The position numbers and the translations under genes were made by a program. Below the pieces are notes generated by a model, which worked only from the letters and a program-made list of their open reading frames with translations, made no database searches and was not told the origin of the DNA. Of a stretch of 64,000 nucleotides of DNA, positions 48,996-62,334 are shown piece after piece. This DNA is from Anthoceros angustus (lineage: Eukaryota; Plantae; Anthocerotophyta). Each line of letters begins with the position of its first letter. Positions within the stretch are counted from its first letter, which is position 1. The stretch covers positions 121,656-185,655 of the forward strand of contig MU008222.1 of assembly GCA_010909165.1 (NCBI GenBank). Direction: 5' to 3'.

Positions 48996-51900
48996 GGTGG
49001 TGGTGTACGTCAGCTTCTGCCTCACAATGACACGCCCTGCAGCGGCATGGCGGCAATGGTCAAATTGAAGTGGCATCTGCGTTGCGCTGTAGCTATGCAC
49101 TGCCAGACCTCGCCCGGGCCAAGCGAGTGCCGAGGCACCAGCCATGTGGGGGCCCGCCGCACCTCAGCTGTGAGAAGCGGCGCCATCGCTTCTGCACCTT
49201 TGCTTCTACGGTACTGTACCACCTCCATACAGATGTATTATGTATCATACACATAAATACGTATACAATTGATGACCACAGACCGTATTTCTCGCTACAC
49301 GTGGTCGCTGGCGCAACACTTCATGGACTTTTGAGGTGCCACGTGGTGCTTAGGAACGTTGCCACGCTAAGCCACAAAGCGGCGATAAAGTTACTAATGC
49401 TTTTGGTGTGCTCTTTCAAATCTAATCCGTCGCTGCAGGTCTCGTGGAGAATTTTGTATGGATTAGGCTGGTGAGAATTACGGGTAAGACCCCAACACCG
49501 TAGTAATTATGGTGGTAATTAATATTATAGAGTAAAATATTGATTTAGAGTTATATCTTACGGTAATATAAATTTAATTATATAATATTTATTTATTTTA
49601 AAATTATGTATATAAATTTAAAGATAGGTATTTATTGTATTTATTATCACAGTAATTATAATAGTAAGATAAAGTAAGATGACTCTTGTAATATAAGATA
49701 TACTGAAGCGCAGACGCCTTAGGCACACTTGCGCGTTTGGCTTTTAGCGGATTGTGGAATGGGGTCGTGATGGCATGAGGAGGGCTTTTCCGAGAAATAT
49801 GGCTTATGGCAACAACACATTGGGACGGGCTGTGGCAATATAGGCCATGGGTGGCATGTAGGTTGAATTGAAATTCCTCAACTAATAGCAGGTAAGAATT
49901 TGGGTGAAGCATATGGAGAGGAATATCCACAAGTTGAACATTCCTCCAACTGCAAGCGGAGGGGAAAGAAACTAGAACTCATGGAAGCAAAGTATTGGGA
50001 GGATTGGATAGTGTACTTAGAAAGTCTTGAACCTACACAGTGGTTGCAGAAAGTGGCAAGGAAGATGTCCGCCAAGGTGAATTGGAGGACAATGAAGAAG
50101 GGAATGTGCATTTCAAGAGGAGAGTGGAAACAATGAAGGCGAATCTACCATTTTGGCATCTCCAAAGGTGTCATATGTTGGGTCGGAATGGTGAGTACGT
50201 GTGGGCCGCTAGGTCTCTCCCCCGGGAGCCGGTGGCGCCGGCCTCCAAGGACACAATCGCCGCGCTCCGTACCCTTTATCCGGCCCCCAGTGACAGCATT
50301 CCATAGGATATCTTCGACTTCATACCCGAGGAGCTTTTTTGTCTAGACATGGCGGTCTTTGGTTGGGCCCTCTACACAGCCCCCCGACTCTCCTCGGGTG
50401 GTCTGTCAAGGACAGTTTATGACCACCTTCGAGATTATTTCTCCCTAGTGGTTTTTCAGAGCTTTTCATTCTGGCGGCGGCTGTAGCCAGAAGCGAGGCC
50501 CCTCGTAGGATCTTCCAGGTCTTGAGGGCTTGCAGGTTACTAGCTTTGGAGAAACCTACATCGGGGGTGCGCCCTATTGCTGTTGGGGAGGTGTTCCTGC
50601 GCCTCATCAGCCGCACCATTGCGATCCAACTTCGGGAGCACTTCCGAGAGCACCTTTGCCCCCACCAATTTGGGATTGCCACTCCAAGGGGTTGTGACTA
50701 TGCGGCCTTTGGTATCCAGGCGGTCCTCGAGTCTCACCCACATTGGGTTGCCCTACAAGTAGATGTCGAGAATGCCTTCAACACTGTGTCTAGGGCCATC
50801 ATTTTCTCGGAACTCAAGGACGCAGGTAGGCACCTAGCGGGCCTCATTCCATTTGTTCGCTCCTGCTACGGTTCTCCATCCAATATCTACTATCAACATG
50901 GTCTAGCTACAGAAGGCGTTTCGGTTCTCTACTCGGCGACGGGCACAAGGAAAAGGGATTCATTGGGGGGCACCCTCTTCGTCAAGGCAGATTTCAGAGC
51001 GCTGTCCTCCACAGCCTCTGCAGTTCGGGAGTGCCTTTTCCAATCAGTGGCTGACGACACCCATATCTTCGGGCCAGGGGACAAGGTGATGGCTGCTTTT
51101 GATCTCTTCTCCTTAGAGCTCTCCCATACCGGATTAAGGGTCAAGATCCATAAGTGCAGGGTGTGGTCCCTTTCCAGCAATACACCCCCTCTTCACTATC
51201 CAGGGGGGGATATTATTTCTCCGCAAGGGCTTCGGGTCCTCGGAGTTCCGTTGGGTTCCCCTGACTTTCTTCAAGGGTTTGTGGATGTGGCTTTGGAAGA
51301 AGACGTAGCTTTGGAAGAAGACGTGGCTCAAATTGGGGACCTTTCATAAATTGGGGACCCTTAGGTTGCGTTTGGTATTTTATCTTCCTGCTTCGCACGT
51401 CGACCACGTTACCTTACCAAGACGGTTGCTCCATCCCCGGCCTTTTTACCAAGCTTGAGACATTTTGATAGGCAGGATATGCAGGGACTTAGGGACATCA
51501 TAGTCCCCGGCACCTTCGAATGCGCCGACGATGACTTGGCACGGAAACAAGCATCATTGCCAGTAGTCTTTGGAGGCACTGGCTTGCTGGCCATGGAGGC
51601 CTCGGCTCTAGCAGCCTTCCTCGGGAGTTGGGCCCTCTCTGCCCTTATTTTGGCCTCTCGGTTCTTAATGCAAGACTCCCCCTTTGTGGAAGCCTTCGTC
51701 TCGAGTGTTGAGGAGGAGGCCTTCCCCTTATAGGCCTCTTTGAGGCAGGCTAGGGACTCCCTTTCCTCAGAGGCTAGGGAAGCCATGCCTCCTTTTTCCT
51801 CTTTCTGCAGAGAAGGAATGCTAGTCTTTCAAGCCTCTCTCTAGGAGAAGCAATATTTATAGGCGCAAAGGGCCCTCCTTCTGGACTCCTCCATTCAGGG

Positions 51901-52389
51901 TTTTGAGGCCGACTGCGTTCTGATCGGGAAGGGGGCTGCTTCTAGCTCGGCCTTGCATTCAGGCATTCTGAATCGCACCAGCGTCCTTTTCAACCATGAT
52001 GAGAGTCCACCTCGCTTTGGCTCATCCTCTGGCCTGTTCTCTTTCTACGTGCAGTTGTGGAGCTACCATCGACGACGCTGGGTCCCATTTGGCGCGTTTT
52101 CCCGTGGGAGGGAAATGTATTGCTACGCATGACGCCGTTCACGACGTCATGTTTTTGATAACTAAGGAGAGCGGATTTTTTCCGTACAGGGAGCGCCCAT
52201 ATACTTTGCGTAATGGCGTGTCACTCAGGGTGGACCTTTTTTATACCAGGGGGGAGCAAATTTACATCGCTGATGTAGTTGTCACGGATCCCACCAGGGA
52301 CTCTATATCCGAGCACGTCATCATCAACCCCCCTATTGGATAATATAGTTTAATTCATACCTAACTCTAATTTAATAACATTTCATTAG

Positions 52390-55300
52390 TGTTAAGATAA
52401 CAAGCTCTGTCACACTTAGGGTTGTATATATTTAATTTAGATTAAATATGTTTAGTTGAAGTGAAATAACATGACTCTAGGTCATGAGTATTTAAACACA
52501 TTTTTGTAAACATTTTGTATGGTATTATTCATTCAGTTTTGGCAACAACCGCTTGCACAACCTCCACATCTTGCACATCCTTCACATGGTATCAGAGCCA
52601 TGCACCGGCCACACAAGATTTTCGAAAATGCCTAGGCGGGATTACATCCGACAGGATTACATCCGAGAATCGCAAAGCTGAAGACAGGATGGAAGGGGAA
52701 ATCGCTCCCGTGGGCGTTTTTTCTCCCGGATCCCAAAACAACATTTTCGATAAAAAGCTGGATCCGATTTGAGGATGCGATCCCGACTACGAGGTTGAAG
52801 ATATTATTGGCCGCATAAGACACATGCGTGGAGGCATGCACGCAGCAAGACTCGAACCCCAGGCCGCCTATGGAATGCGCGACTCTGAAACCACCAGACC
52901 ACACTCGGCTCCTTACAAGCTATGTTTCCCTGGAGATACTAGGCTTTATCACAGAGACACGAGCATGGCTCCCGAGAGGATCTCTACCCCGCCCCGGCGC
53001 GCGCTGCCTGTACGGCCTGCCATCCACACAGCCCCTTCTTCGAACGGTGGCTCCGGGTGATGGAGGCGCAGGAGGCGACCAGGCGAGCGGCGCAGGAGGA
53101 GGCTTTTCTTGCAGACTGCGGTGCTCGGTGGGATTGAGCCCCAGCTAGAAGGTGGAGGACTCGGTGGCTGCGGGTGCAACAGTGGGAGCGCGGATCAGCG
53201 AACCCGCGTTTTTCGCTGGAGATTTGATCGAGGCACCACGGAGATGGTGGTGCCTCATCCCCCTAGCTTTTCTACTTCCTGCGGGGGAGGTCGAACCGCA
53301 TTCGATCGGCCTTAGCATCGTCTCCGGGCTAGGATGCTCCCGTGATGCTAGAAGGAGGGCATCTTCTGGGATGCAGTGCGGTGCGTGTTTTGGACTCGGC
53401 TGTGGCGGTTAGGTTTGCATCAGTGCGGAAGCATGGTTTATGCATCAGTGCGGCGTGGATCGTGCGGCGGCGTGGATGCTAATGCCGCGCGTGGATATGG
53501 TGCGGTGAGGCGTGGATCTTGGTGATGCGTGTGGATCAGAGGTGGTGGTGTGCTCGTTTTTGCCATCTTGTTTTTTGAGACTCTCTCAGGAGACGCGTTC
53601 TTGATTGATCCCTTGTGACACGCGTTGCTTGGGTCCTCCCCGGCAAAAACCTTGGCCGCATCCGATGCTGTCCAATATCTTGGAGCGGCGCTAGGCTTTC
53701 ATTTTGTTTCTACTTTTCTCGATTCATGCGGTGTTGGGATTGATACCAGGTTTTTTTCTTGTCTTTGTCATGTTTTACTTTAAGTGAGCACCTGCTTTGT
53801 GAGGAGGTGTTTCCTCTTGTTGTTTCACGTGATGCACAGCTTGCTTGCTTGTTTTTTTCTCTTGTCAGCTTTCATGCTCCTAATTTTGTGTGCGGAAGCA
53901 ATGAGGTAGCTCGGTCGAGGTCGGAGATAGCAATCTACCTCATGATGGCTCCACCATAGCCTCCTGCAGTCGCAGTTCAGTCATTTTTTCCCACAAATAA
54001 AAGAAAATTATTTATTTTTTGAATTTATCCTGTTTTTTAAATTTTTTAAAAAAAAGGTACATATTTTTTGCTGCTTCTTCACCTAGCCAGTCTAGTGGGA
54101 GAGCCATTGTATGTCACTTTTTGGAGGTAGGGATTCTGATTCTGAGCACGAAGAGGATTCAGGCTCGTCAGATGACGATCCTCTTCTGCGAGTACACATA
54201 AGCACACCTAAGACAAGTAAAAGAAAAACACAACAGCAAGCACAACCATCATCACATAGCACAAATTCCAACACTCACGTAAACATGTCTACCTCATCTG
54301 CCTCCTCTTCAATATCTGAATTAAAAGAAAAGGATAGATTTAATGGTAACCAATATCACATTTGGCGTGTTCGGATGAGGGCTGTTCTTGTCGCTAGGAA
54401 AGTGTGGACTGTGGTCGATGGGACCCGCAAGGAGCCAGCCGCAGCAGCCCCAGGAACTACACTTTCAGTTGCTCAACAAACCCTCCTGGACGAATGGACT
54501 TCAGCCAACGAACTTGCTGTAGCGCTAATCATAAGTGGTTTGGATGCTATTTTAATTCCAGATGTAGAATATTTGCTCAAGGCTCACGAGATCTGGGCGC
54601 AGCTTGAGAAAACATACCGGGTGCGTAATCGGATGGCCCTTTGTGCTGCTAGGCAGGAGCTGTTCACACTTAAGATGAAGGAGTCTGATAAAGTTGCAGT
54701 TTTTACGAGCAAGTTCAGACATTTACACGCGGACCTGGTATCTTTTGGTTCTACTATGGATGAAGAGGATGCCATTGCCCAACTGCTAATCAGCCTTCCA
54801 CCATCCTATCAAAATTTTGTGAGTATACAAAATGGGCCAATTCACCCTGCAGGCGCTGCGACAACATCCACCACCCGGACATTGGAGGATGTTATTGGCG
54901 CATTGTACGAGGAGGAGCAAAGTCGGCAGCTTATGTCAGGTGGACATAAACACAAGAGTGAAAAGGTTTTGGCTGCGCAGTTCAAGCCGAACAAAAATAA
55001 AGGGAAGACTCAAGGGTCAGGTCAGCGTGATAATGACTCTGGATCTTCTTCCACTAAAAGGACGAGAATTGGTGTGGGATAGTGAGCCGGGCCCAGGCCC
55101 GAAGAAGCGGGGCGAGCCGTGTCGGCCAAACCTACTTCCAGCATGGCAGTGAAAGGCCAGTCTGGAGGTGACCATGCTAAATCTACTGTGAAGATTTATA
55201 CTATTTGCCTGTCTAGCTCCACGAGGGATAGTACCGGTTGGTATCCGGACTGGAGCAACTACACATATTTGTATGGACAAGGACCGGTTTTCACATCGCA

Positions 55301-58300
55301 TCTACTCAAAGTATCCGAAAGTCTTTGTTGGGAGATGAGAGGGGCGAGACTGATTGCATCGAGGGCACGGGATGTGTACCTTTATCCTGCCGGACAACAC
55401 AGAGCTTACCCTTGACAGGGTACTGTATGTCCCGTGGATGGCGAAGAATTTGATGTCACTTAGCAGACTGTTGAAGTCGCATGCTCTTCTTATGCAAGTG
55501 ACAGTGTCTTGTTCCTTTAGCAAGGCGATTCACCTAGCATCTGTGCCTTGAGGGGTGGTAGTCAACGACTTGTACTGAACATCAATCGCAAGCCTACTCA
55601 TACAAGATGTTCCACAGTACTCACATGGACGGAAGAAAAGGTGCATTGTGGCATGCTCGCCTCGGACACGTCAACCGAGCAAGGCGGTGGACATGTCCAA
55701 CAAGGAATGTTTTCGAGAACCCCCAAGTGTTTCAAGGACCTTCTGAAGCATGTATCCTTGCCAAGAAGAAGGAGGCTCCTTTTCCTACCGCACCTGCACA
55801 TAGGGCATCACAAGTATTGGAGCTGGTCCATGCAGACATATCTGGGAAGATACATGAGGCTTCACTTGGAGGATCTCGTTACTACTTATGCTTGACCGGA
55901 CTATAGTAGGTATCGTGGACCTTTCCTATGCACGGTTGAAGAGTGATACATTCACTTGTTTCCGGGAATGGTTGCGATTGCCCGGCCGATCTGGTCATCT
56001 TCTTAGAATCTGCGCACGGACAATGGGGAGAATTTGTCAACGCCGCTTTCGGCGAGTACCTTGCACAACATGGCATGTGATTGTACCCTATACTCAACAG
56101 TGAGCGGAGTTGAACCAAACTCATTAGGAATGACAAGGAGTATGCTGCTTTGAGCAGGTCTCCCTCAAGGGTATTGGGCAGAGGCCGTAGTTGCTGCGAC
56201 GTACATTCTTAATCGGGTGCTCACCAGTGCTGTACATGGAAGGACACCATATGAGGTATTCTGGAAGCGTAAACCTAGTCTACTTCATCTTCGAGTATTT
56301 GGAGCTAAGGCATTCGCTTATATCCCTTCCGAAAAGAGGAGGAAGCTTGACATGAGAGCCAAGGGCCTTGTTTTCGTCGGATACATCGAGACTGCCAAGG
56401 CATACAAGCTCTATGATCCAGTTACTCACTCTCTAACCTTAGCCCGTAGCGTCACTTTCATTGAACCTAGCTATGCTCATGGTGAACCTGCAACGTCAGC
56501 AGAGGGAGCACATCCTGCGGCAGAGGGAGCACATCCATTAGCTGATCATGATGATGAGCAGGACACTGATGAGGTACCTGCTATGTATCCACAAGATGAT
56601 GAGTTGCCAGCTAACCCTCCGCCTGTTTTAGATGCAGGATATCCGGATGACCACCACATGACCGAACCTCTCATGGAAGATGTAGTTCGACCTTATTCAG
56701 ATGACCATGAACTGCTTTAGAGGCGGCATGCCACAGTTGTAGAAGTCCCACTAGAACCCGAGTTGCAGATCCACCCGCCAAAGACCACCTAGAGCCGAGT
56801 GGATTGAGCCCCTATGAGTCTATAGATTTTCGCAACACTTCCACATCACTTCACTTGTCATCACGATGAGCCAATCATTTGCAAGCCTATCGCCTAATGG
56901 TGACAAGTGGCGTATATCAGTAGAGGATGAGTATCAATCCTTGATCAAGAACAATACTTGGAAGTTAGTGGATTTTCCACCTGGCAGGAAACCCATCTCG
57001 TGCAAGTGGGTTTTCAAGCACAAGCTCAACTCGAAAGGAGATAGCACGTTATAAATCTCGACTCGTTGCTAGGGATTCACGCAGTTGAAGGCCTAGATTA
57101 TCAAGAGACATTCATCTGTGGTTAGATCTCAATCCATTAGGATGTTACTTGCTATGACAACGGAACATGATTTGTATCTGCATCAAATGGATGTTTGCAC
57201 GTATTTGTCGGCAAGCTTGAGGAGGAACTTTATATGCAACAACGAGGGGTATGTTGATTCTAAATACCCCAACAAAGTTTTATTACTTCTCAAATGTATT
57301 TATGGCCTCAAGCAATCGGTAGAGTATGGTACTTTACCATGCATGTTACTTATTGAAATTAACTTTGTACAAAATGCTGATTCCAATATATATGCTTACC
57401 CAAGGCTCCTCATACGTCATTTTGGCTTTATATGTTGATGACGTAATATTAGCCACAAATGACAAGACCCTATTAGAACATGTCAAGCAGCTTTTATCTA
57501 ACAAATTTGAAATGAAGGATATTGGTGACTTGAAGTTTTGTTTAGGGATCCACTTGGTGAGGGCTGATGGGGTGATGGCCATACATCAAAACAAGTACAT
57601 CAAGGAAATTTTGACTAAGTTTCATATGGATGAGGCACGACCAGCCACTACTCCAAGCTATGGTGTGAAGCTCACTAGTCTTCAATGTCAAACCCGGAGG
57701 AGCGATTGGATATCAGGATGTTCCATATAGACACGCAATGGAAGTCTCATTTTGTGGTGGACCCGACTGATATTGATTATCAGTAAGCACGGTGTCAGAT
57801 TTCTAGAACATCCGGGCTCATTGGGTTGCCGCATTTTCAAATACTTAAAAGGCACTTTGACACATGGGCTCATATATAAGCGTAGTGGCAAGGCTAAACT
57901 CATTCTACAAGGTTTTAGATGCCGATTGGGCGTCGGTCGACTCCGTCCCGACCTCCACATATTGCTTTCTTCTTGCGAGCTGCCATTAATTGGAGTTGCA
58001 AGAAACAACCCTCTATATCTTTGTCTTCAATGGAGTATAAATCTCTCGAAGCCACCAAGGAGGCTGAATGGGAGGAGGTTTCTGCAAGACTTGGGCATGG
58101 CAGACCCTACCCCATATTTTGCGACAACATGTCGCTTGCTTTGGTTGCTAACCCTCGTTTCCGCACCAAGCATATAGAGATATCCCATCACTACATAAGG
58201 GATGCTGTGGATAGAGGGGTAACAAAGGTTAGCTTTGTTGGAACAGATGATAATGTGGCCGACATTCTAACCAAAGCACTTTCAAAGCCAAAACACTATA

Positions 58301-58802
58301 AGCATATGGATGGCTTAGGGCTGGGTGGTTACTCAGCATAGGTGAATGGCACATAAACTCAGTGGATGAAGCTACATGCAGACAACCAGTCGTGAGTTAT
58401 TTATCTTCAAGTTGTTTGTTCATGAGTTTTTCTTCAAATTCAGAGCTGCTGCAACTACGCCGTTGACACATGTGTTTTCTATCACAGAGTGGGGGACACC
58501 CCATGCACGGAGAATCATTGGCCACTGGTGGACTATTTGTTTTGTTTTGTTTTGTGGAGACTGCTTTGGACAAACCGATACCTAAGCGTGAAGCTTGAGA
58601 GGGAGTGTTAAGATAATAAGCTCTGTCACACTTAGGGTTGTATATATTTAATTTAGATTAAATATGTTTAGTTGAAGTGAAATAACATGACTCTAGGTCA
58701 TGAGTATTTAAACATATTTTTGTAAACATTTTGTATGGTATTATTCATTCAGTTTTGGCAACAACCGCTTGCACAACCTCCACATCTTGCACATCCTTCA
58801 CA
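52390..58802 (+). mobile_element. Full-length recent Copia (Copia-B), TSD attag
   Basis: 197-bp TG...CA LTRs 52390-52586 and 58606-58802 with 2 visible mismatches; PBS tggtatcagagc 52587-52598; PPT gagagggag 58597-58605; attag at 52385-52389 and 58803-58807. Confidence 0.96.
54111..58341 (+). pseudogene. Copia-B gag-pol (frameshifted in this sequence)
   Basis: gag KEKDRFNG..WRVRM..QLLISLPPSY; GAG-pre LWHARLGH; integrase LELVHAD..HLRVFG; RT CKWVFKHK, YGLKQS, YVDD; RNase H FCDNMS..RTKHIEISHH..ADILTKAL. Confidence 0.92.
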
Positions 58803-59841
58803 ATTAGGGTTAGGTTATCAACACCTTTTTAGGTTTAAAAATGGTTACAATTCGTACACATCTTTCGTACACCTTTAACGATTCATTCTCTCGTGCTCTT
58901 GTGCTCTTCTGAGTTGTGCCTGCTCGTGCCCCCGAAGAAGGCCATACTACTTTATGGTAACAGAGCTGTAATGCATAATACCGCTTCTACAATCCTTTAT
59001 GCCTAAACAGCACAATTAGGGCAAGAGTGTGGCGGTATGGACTAGACAGACCGTATCCAGACAAGTCGTCCAGTGTGGGTGCAGCCCACCATCACTCTCC
59101 CCTGGACAGAGGAGGAGAAACAAGCCTACATCAGAGCCCGCAAGCAATTTTGGCACGCATACAGCCAATGGGAGCGTTTTGAGAGAAGGCGCAAGTGACT
59201 TGCTTGCAAAATGTCTTACCGGAGAGATCACAGCAAATTTTAGCAATGACCTCCATTCTCTCCTGAAATTGGTTGTGGCCAGTATACCTGCTGTCAACAA
59301 TAGCATATTGTCACACCACTGCGCCCAGCACATTGCTGTAATCCGTCACCCTCATTCTAGCGTACAGATGCTGCACATCAAACATCAAGATCCTTAAACT
59401 TCGTCTTAACGTTCTGCAAGACAATGCACGTTTAGAAAAATCTAATCACAAGTAAGAACTGATCTCTTTGCACAAACAAATTGGCATCTTATCCAAAAAA
59501 GTCACCCAAATGTCTCATGACTTTGCACATTTAGAACTAGCCGCTTTAACCCAACTTTACTCTCATCCTCATATTCACCTTATGGTTGCATGATAATTCC
59601 TCAGCCCCTGGATCACGTCCTGTGTTCAATTTCCTGTATGTTCGATGACGAAGATCGGACCCCTCCTACTACCTCTTAAGACACCACTTTATGGTATCAC
59701 ACAATAAGTTAGTGACAATAAGTCGGTCACACAATAGGCTCTGTAGTTAGAATCCTTACCATGTATGTGGTCCCCGCCTCATAGACTTGCTCTTCATTGC
59801 CGACCTAAATTTCAATTGCCATTTCCAACATCACCCGTCAA

Positions 59842-61290
59842 TATGTCAGGAAGTGGTGGAGGAGGAAGTGGTGGAGCAGGCACTGGTTCAAGTGGAAGCG
59901 GCGGTGTACCTGCAGTTCCCAATACTGTGATTCACACCACCAAGGTCGACATAAAAGACAAAGACCGGTTCAATGGAACCGATTATGCTATCTGGAAAAT
60001 GCGAATGATTGCTGTGTTCGAGGAACACGAACTCATGGACATTGTTATGGACAAACTCTTTGTCTAGCAGCAGGATCAGCCCTTGAATCAATTGCAACTT
60101 GGCAGAGAAAGGACAAGCGTGCAGGAGCATTCTCCTCTCAACACAGGATACGAATATGATCCAGCATACACAGGGGCAAGCTACATCTGCGGCAGTTTGG
60201 CAAGTTTTCACAGACATGTTTGCTGCCAAAGATTCAACATCATTAGTAAATGCAACCAAGTTGCTATATGCACTTCGCATGAAAGATACAAACAGTGTTG
60301 AGCATCATGTTCACAAATTTTGTACCTTGCGAGCAAAATTGTCCTCATGTGGACACAATTTAACAGAGGTAGAGGCAACTGTAGTTTTGATGACTTCCCT
60401 GCCTCCTAGCTATAGAGGTTTTATCAGCTCTCAAAACTTTGTTATACGCTTAGCCAACAAGTCGGCAGCAGCAGGCTGCGCTCCTGCTGTGACATTCTCA
60501 GAGATAGTTGGACCATAGCTTGAAGAGGAATCAAGCAGAGCTGCTACTGGACAGCCAACAGCAACAGCAACATCAACAAGTTCTGATTACCTCTAGAGGC
60601 CGTGGACGTGGCCATGGGTCCTATAGGGGATCCTCTCAACCCAGGAGGTCATATGTGGCTCCCTCTTTCCCTTCAAATCAGCGGAAAAATAAAGGGACAT
60701 GCCACTGGTGTCGCATACCTGGACACTATGAAAATGAATGCAGAAAAGAACGCGTTGGGGAACCCAAGCGTGAAGCTCCACCCGGTGGTGAATCCCACGT
60801 GATCACTCGTGGTCAAAACAATAGCACATCAGCAGGAAAACCAACAATACTGGCATTATGTCTTTCGCTTACACAAGCAGACAGTAACATGTGGTTTCTC
60901 GACTTTGGAGCAACCAACCAACCAACCAACCAACTGAGAGAGAAGTTCTCCACTTACACTGCCATCTCGACAAGTCAAGTTGTGATTCTTGGGGATGACT
61001 GCGGTCTGGCCATTTCGGGTATCGGTGAGGTCCAGTTACCCCTGCAAGGTGGCCAACAAATCAAACTACAGAATGTGCTCCATGTACCCAGCATGACAAA
61101 GAACTTGCAGTCAATACAAAAGCTTATTTCTGACCATGACTTGCAAGTGTTGTTCACTCCTACAGGGTGCAATGTCACCCCAGCCAATGACAATTCTCAA
61201 TTGTTAGCATCAGGAGTAGTTTACAATGACCTGTATCATTTTGAGATTCTCCCTTCTGCAGCCATTGAGCTGAGTGGATCTACCATAGCC
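59842..61290 (+). pseudogene. Copia-C gag, CCHC knuckle and protease; no IN/RT/RH
   Basis: KDKDRFNGTDYAIWKMRM; LMTSLPPSY; CHWCRIPGHYENEC; WFLDFGATN; LQNVLHVPSMTKNL. Confidence 0.88.
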
Positions 61291-62137
61291 GAAGATAGTC
61301 TGGTCCAAGTGATGGTGTTCTACTCGCCCTTGTTCCTCAGCCAAGCTTTTTGGATAACATTTCTTAAACGTTTCTACCAGAGTTAGGTCTGAGGGGGCGT
61401 ATTGGATAATATAGTTTAATTCATACCTAACTCTAATTTAATAACGTTTCATTAGGGTTAGGTTATCAACAACTTTTTAGGTTTAAAAAGGGTTACAATT
61501 CATACACATCTTTTGTACACCTTTCACGATCTTTAACAATTCATTCTTTCGTGCTCTCGTGCTCTTCTGCGCTGTGCCTGCTCGTGCCCCCGAAGAAGGC
61601 CATACCACTTTACCCCCCGACTGGGCGGCGGAAGGATGTGTAACCAGCAAGACTCACAAGTACTCTCCCATGCAAGACGGCCATGTTTCCATCCCTCTCG
61701 CCCTCGAGACTCATGGGGCTATGGGCAAGGACTTCTCTAGCTTAATTAAGGAGTGTGCAAAAGCCTATCATAGCCACAGGAATTGGAGTAGCCTCCCCCT
61801 TTCCTTTGTGGTGGCTTTCTTTCGCCAGTGGGTTTCCATAGCTCTGCAGAAAGTGCTGGCTGACATTGTTTATAGGATGGCTACGTGCACAGGACTAGTG
61901 GCTTCTTCAGCACCGGTGGTAGGTAGGCCCTTCATCATCCCTGATCACCTTATCATTGGTGCAGTAGGTAGTTACGGGAAAGGCATTCGAGAGGACTAGG
62001 ACTTCCCCTTTTACCATCAGCCCTTTTTGGGTTGTTCCTCCTCGGATTTCAGGGGTAGATGGGATCTCCCATCTCTAATAACGTCTACTCTATTCTCCAT
62101 TTTGAGCTTATAAGTTTCTTTTCATGCAGACTTACTT

Positions 62138-62252
62138 AAAATTATAATATCTTACATAAAAAGTATATATCACTAATATAATTCATATATTTACTTGAAA
62201 TCTTTGTATCTTATTTTTAAATTATATAAATTACGTATATCATATTATTAAA
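62138..62252. repeat. AT-rich direct repeat, second copy 63885-64000
   Basis: aaattataatatcttacataaaa...tatcatattattaaacata is nearly identical at both sites. Confidence 0.85.
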
Positions 62253-62334
62253 CATATTATATATTTTTATTAGATTTATAGATATAAACTCACAATTTCA
62301 TATAATTTAAAGTGAAATAAAAAAGTACCCTTGC

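Larger units (their letters stand above)
52334..61612 (+). mobile_element. Non-autonomous Copia (Copia-C): TA...TA LTRs, gag-protease only, TSD ccccc
   Basis: 5' LTR 52334-52389 plus 58808-58954; PBS tggtaacagagc 58955-58966; PPT gagggggcg 61391-61399; 3' LTR 61400-61612; ccccc at 52329-52333 and 61613-61617. Confidence 0.9.
49700..62100 (+). mobile_element. CRE-clade (RLE-type) non-LTR retrotransposon, split at 52334-61617 by nested Copia elements; ends approximate
   Basis: RT: LLALEKP..GVRPIAVGE..HQFGI..DVENAFN..ADD..VLGVPLG (50522-51349). Zn knuckle CSCG..H..HDAV and PD-(D/E)xK-like RVDL..DVVVTDP (51996-52333) continue in frame at 61618: DWAAE..KTHKY..PLALETHGAMG. Confidence 0.85.

Noticed and set aside
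58804-58816. ttagggttagg telomere-like motif
   Set aside because: Fewer than two units and part of the Copia-C LTR.
61559-61612. ORF 61559-61999 as an independent gene
   Set aside because: Its start lies in the Copia-C LTR; the rest is the displaced C-terminus of the CRE ORF.
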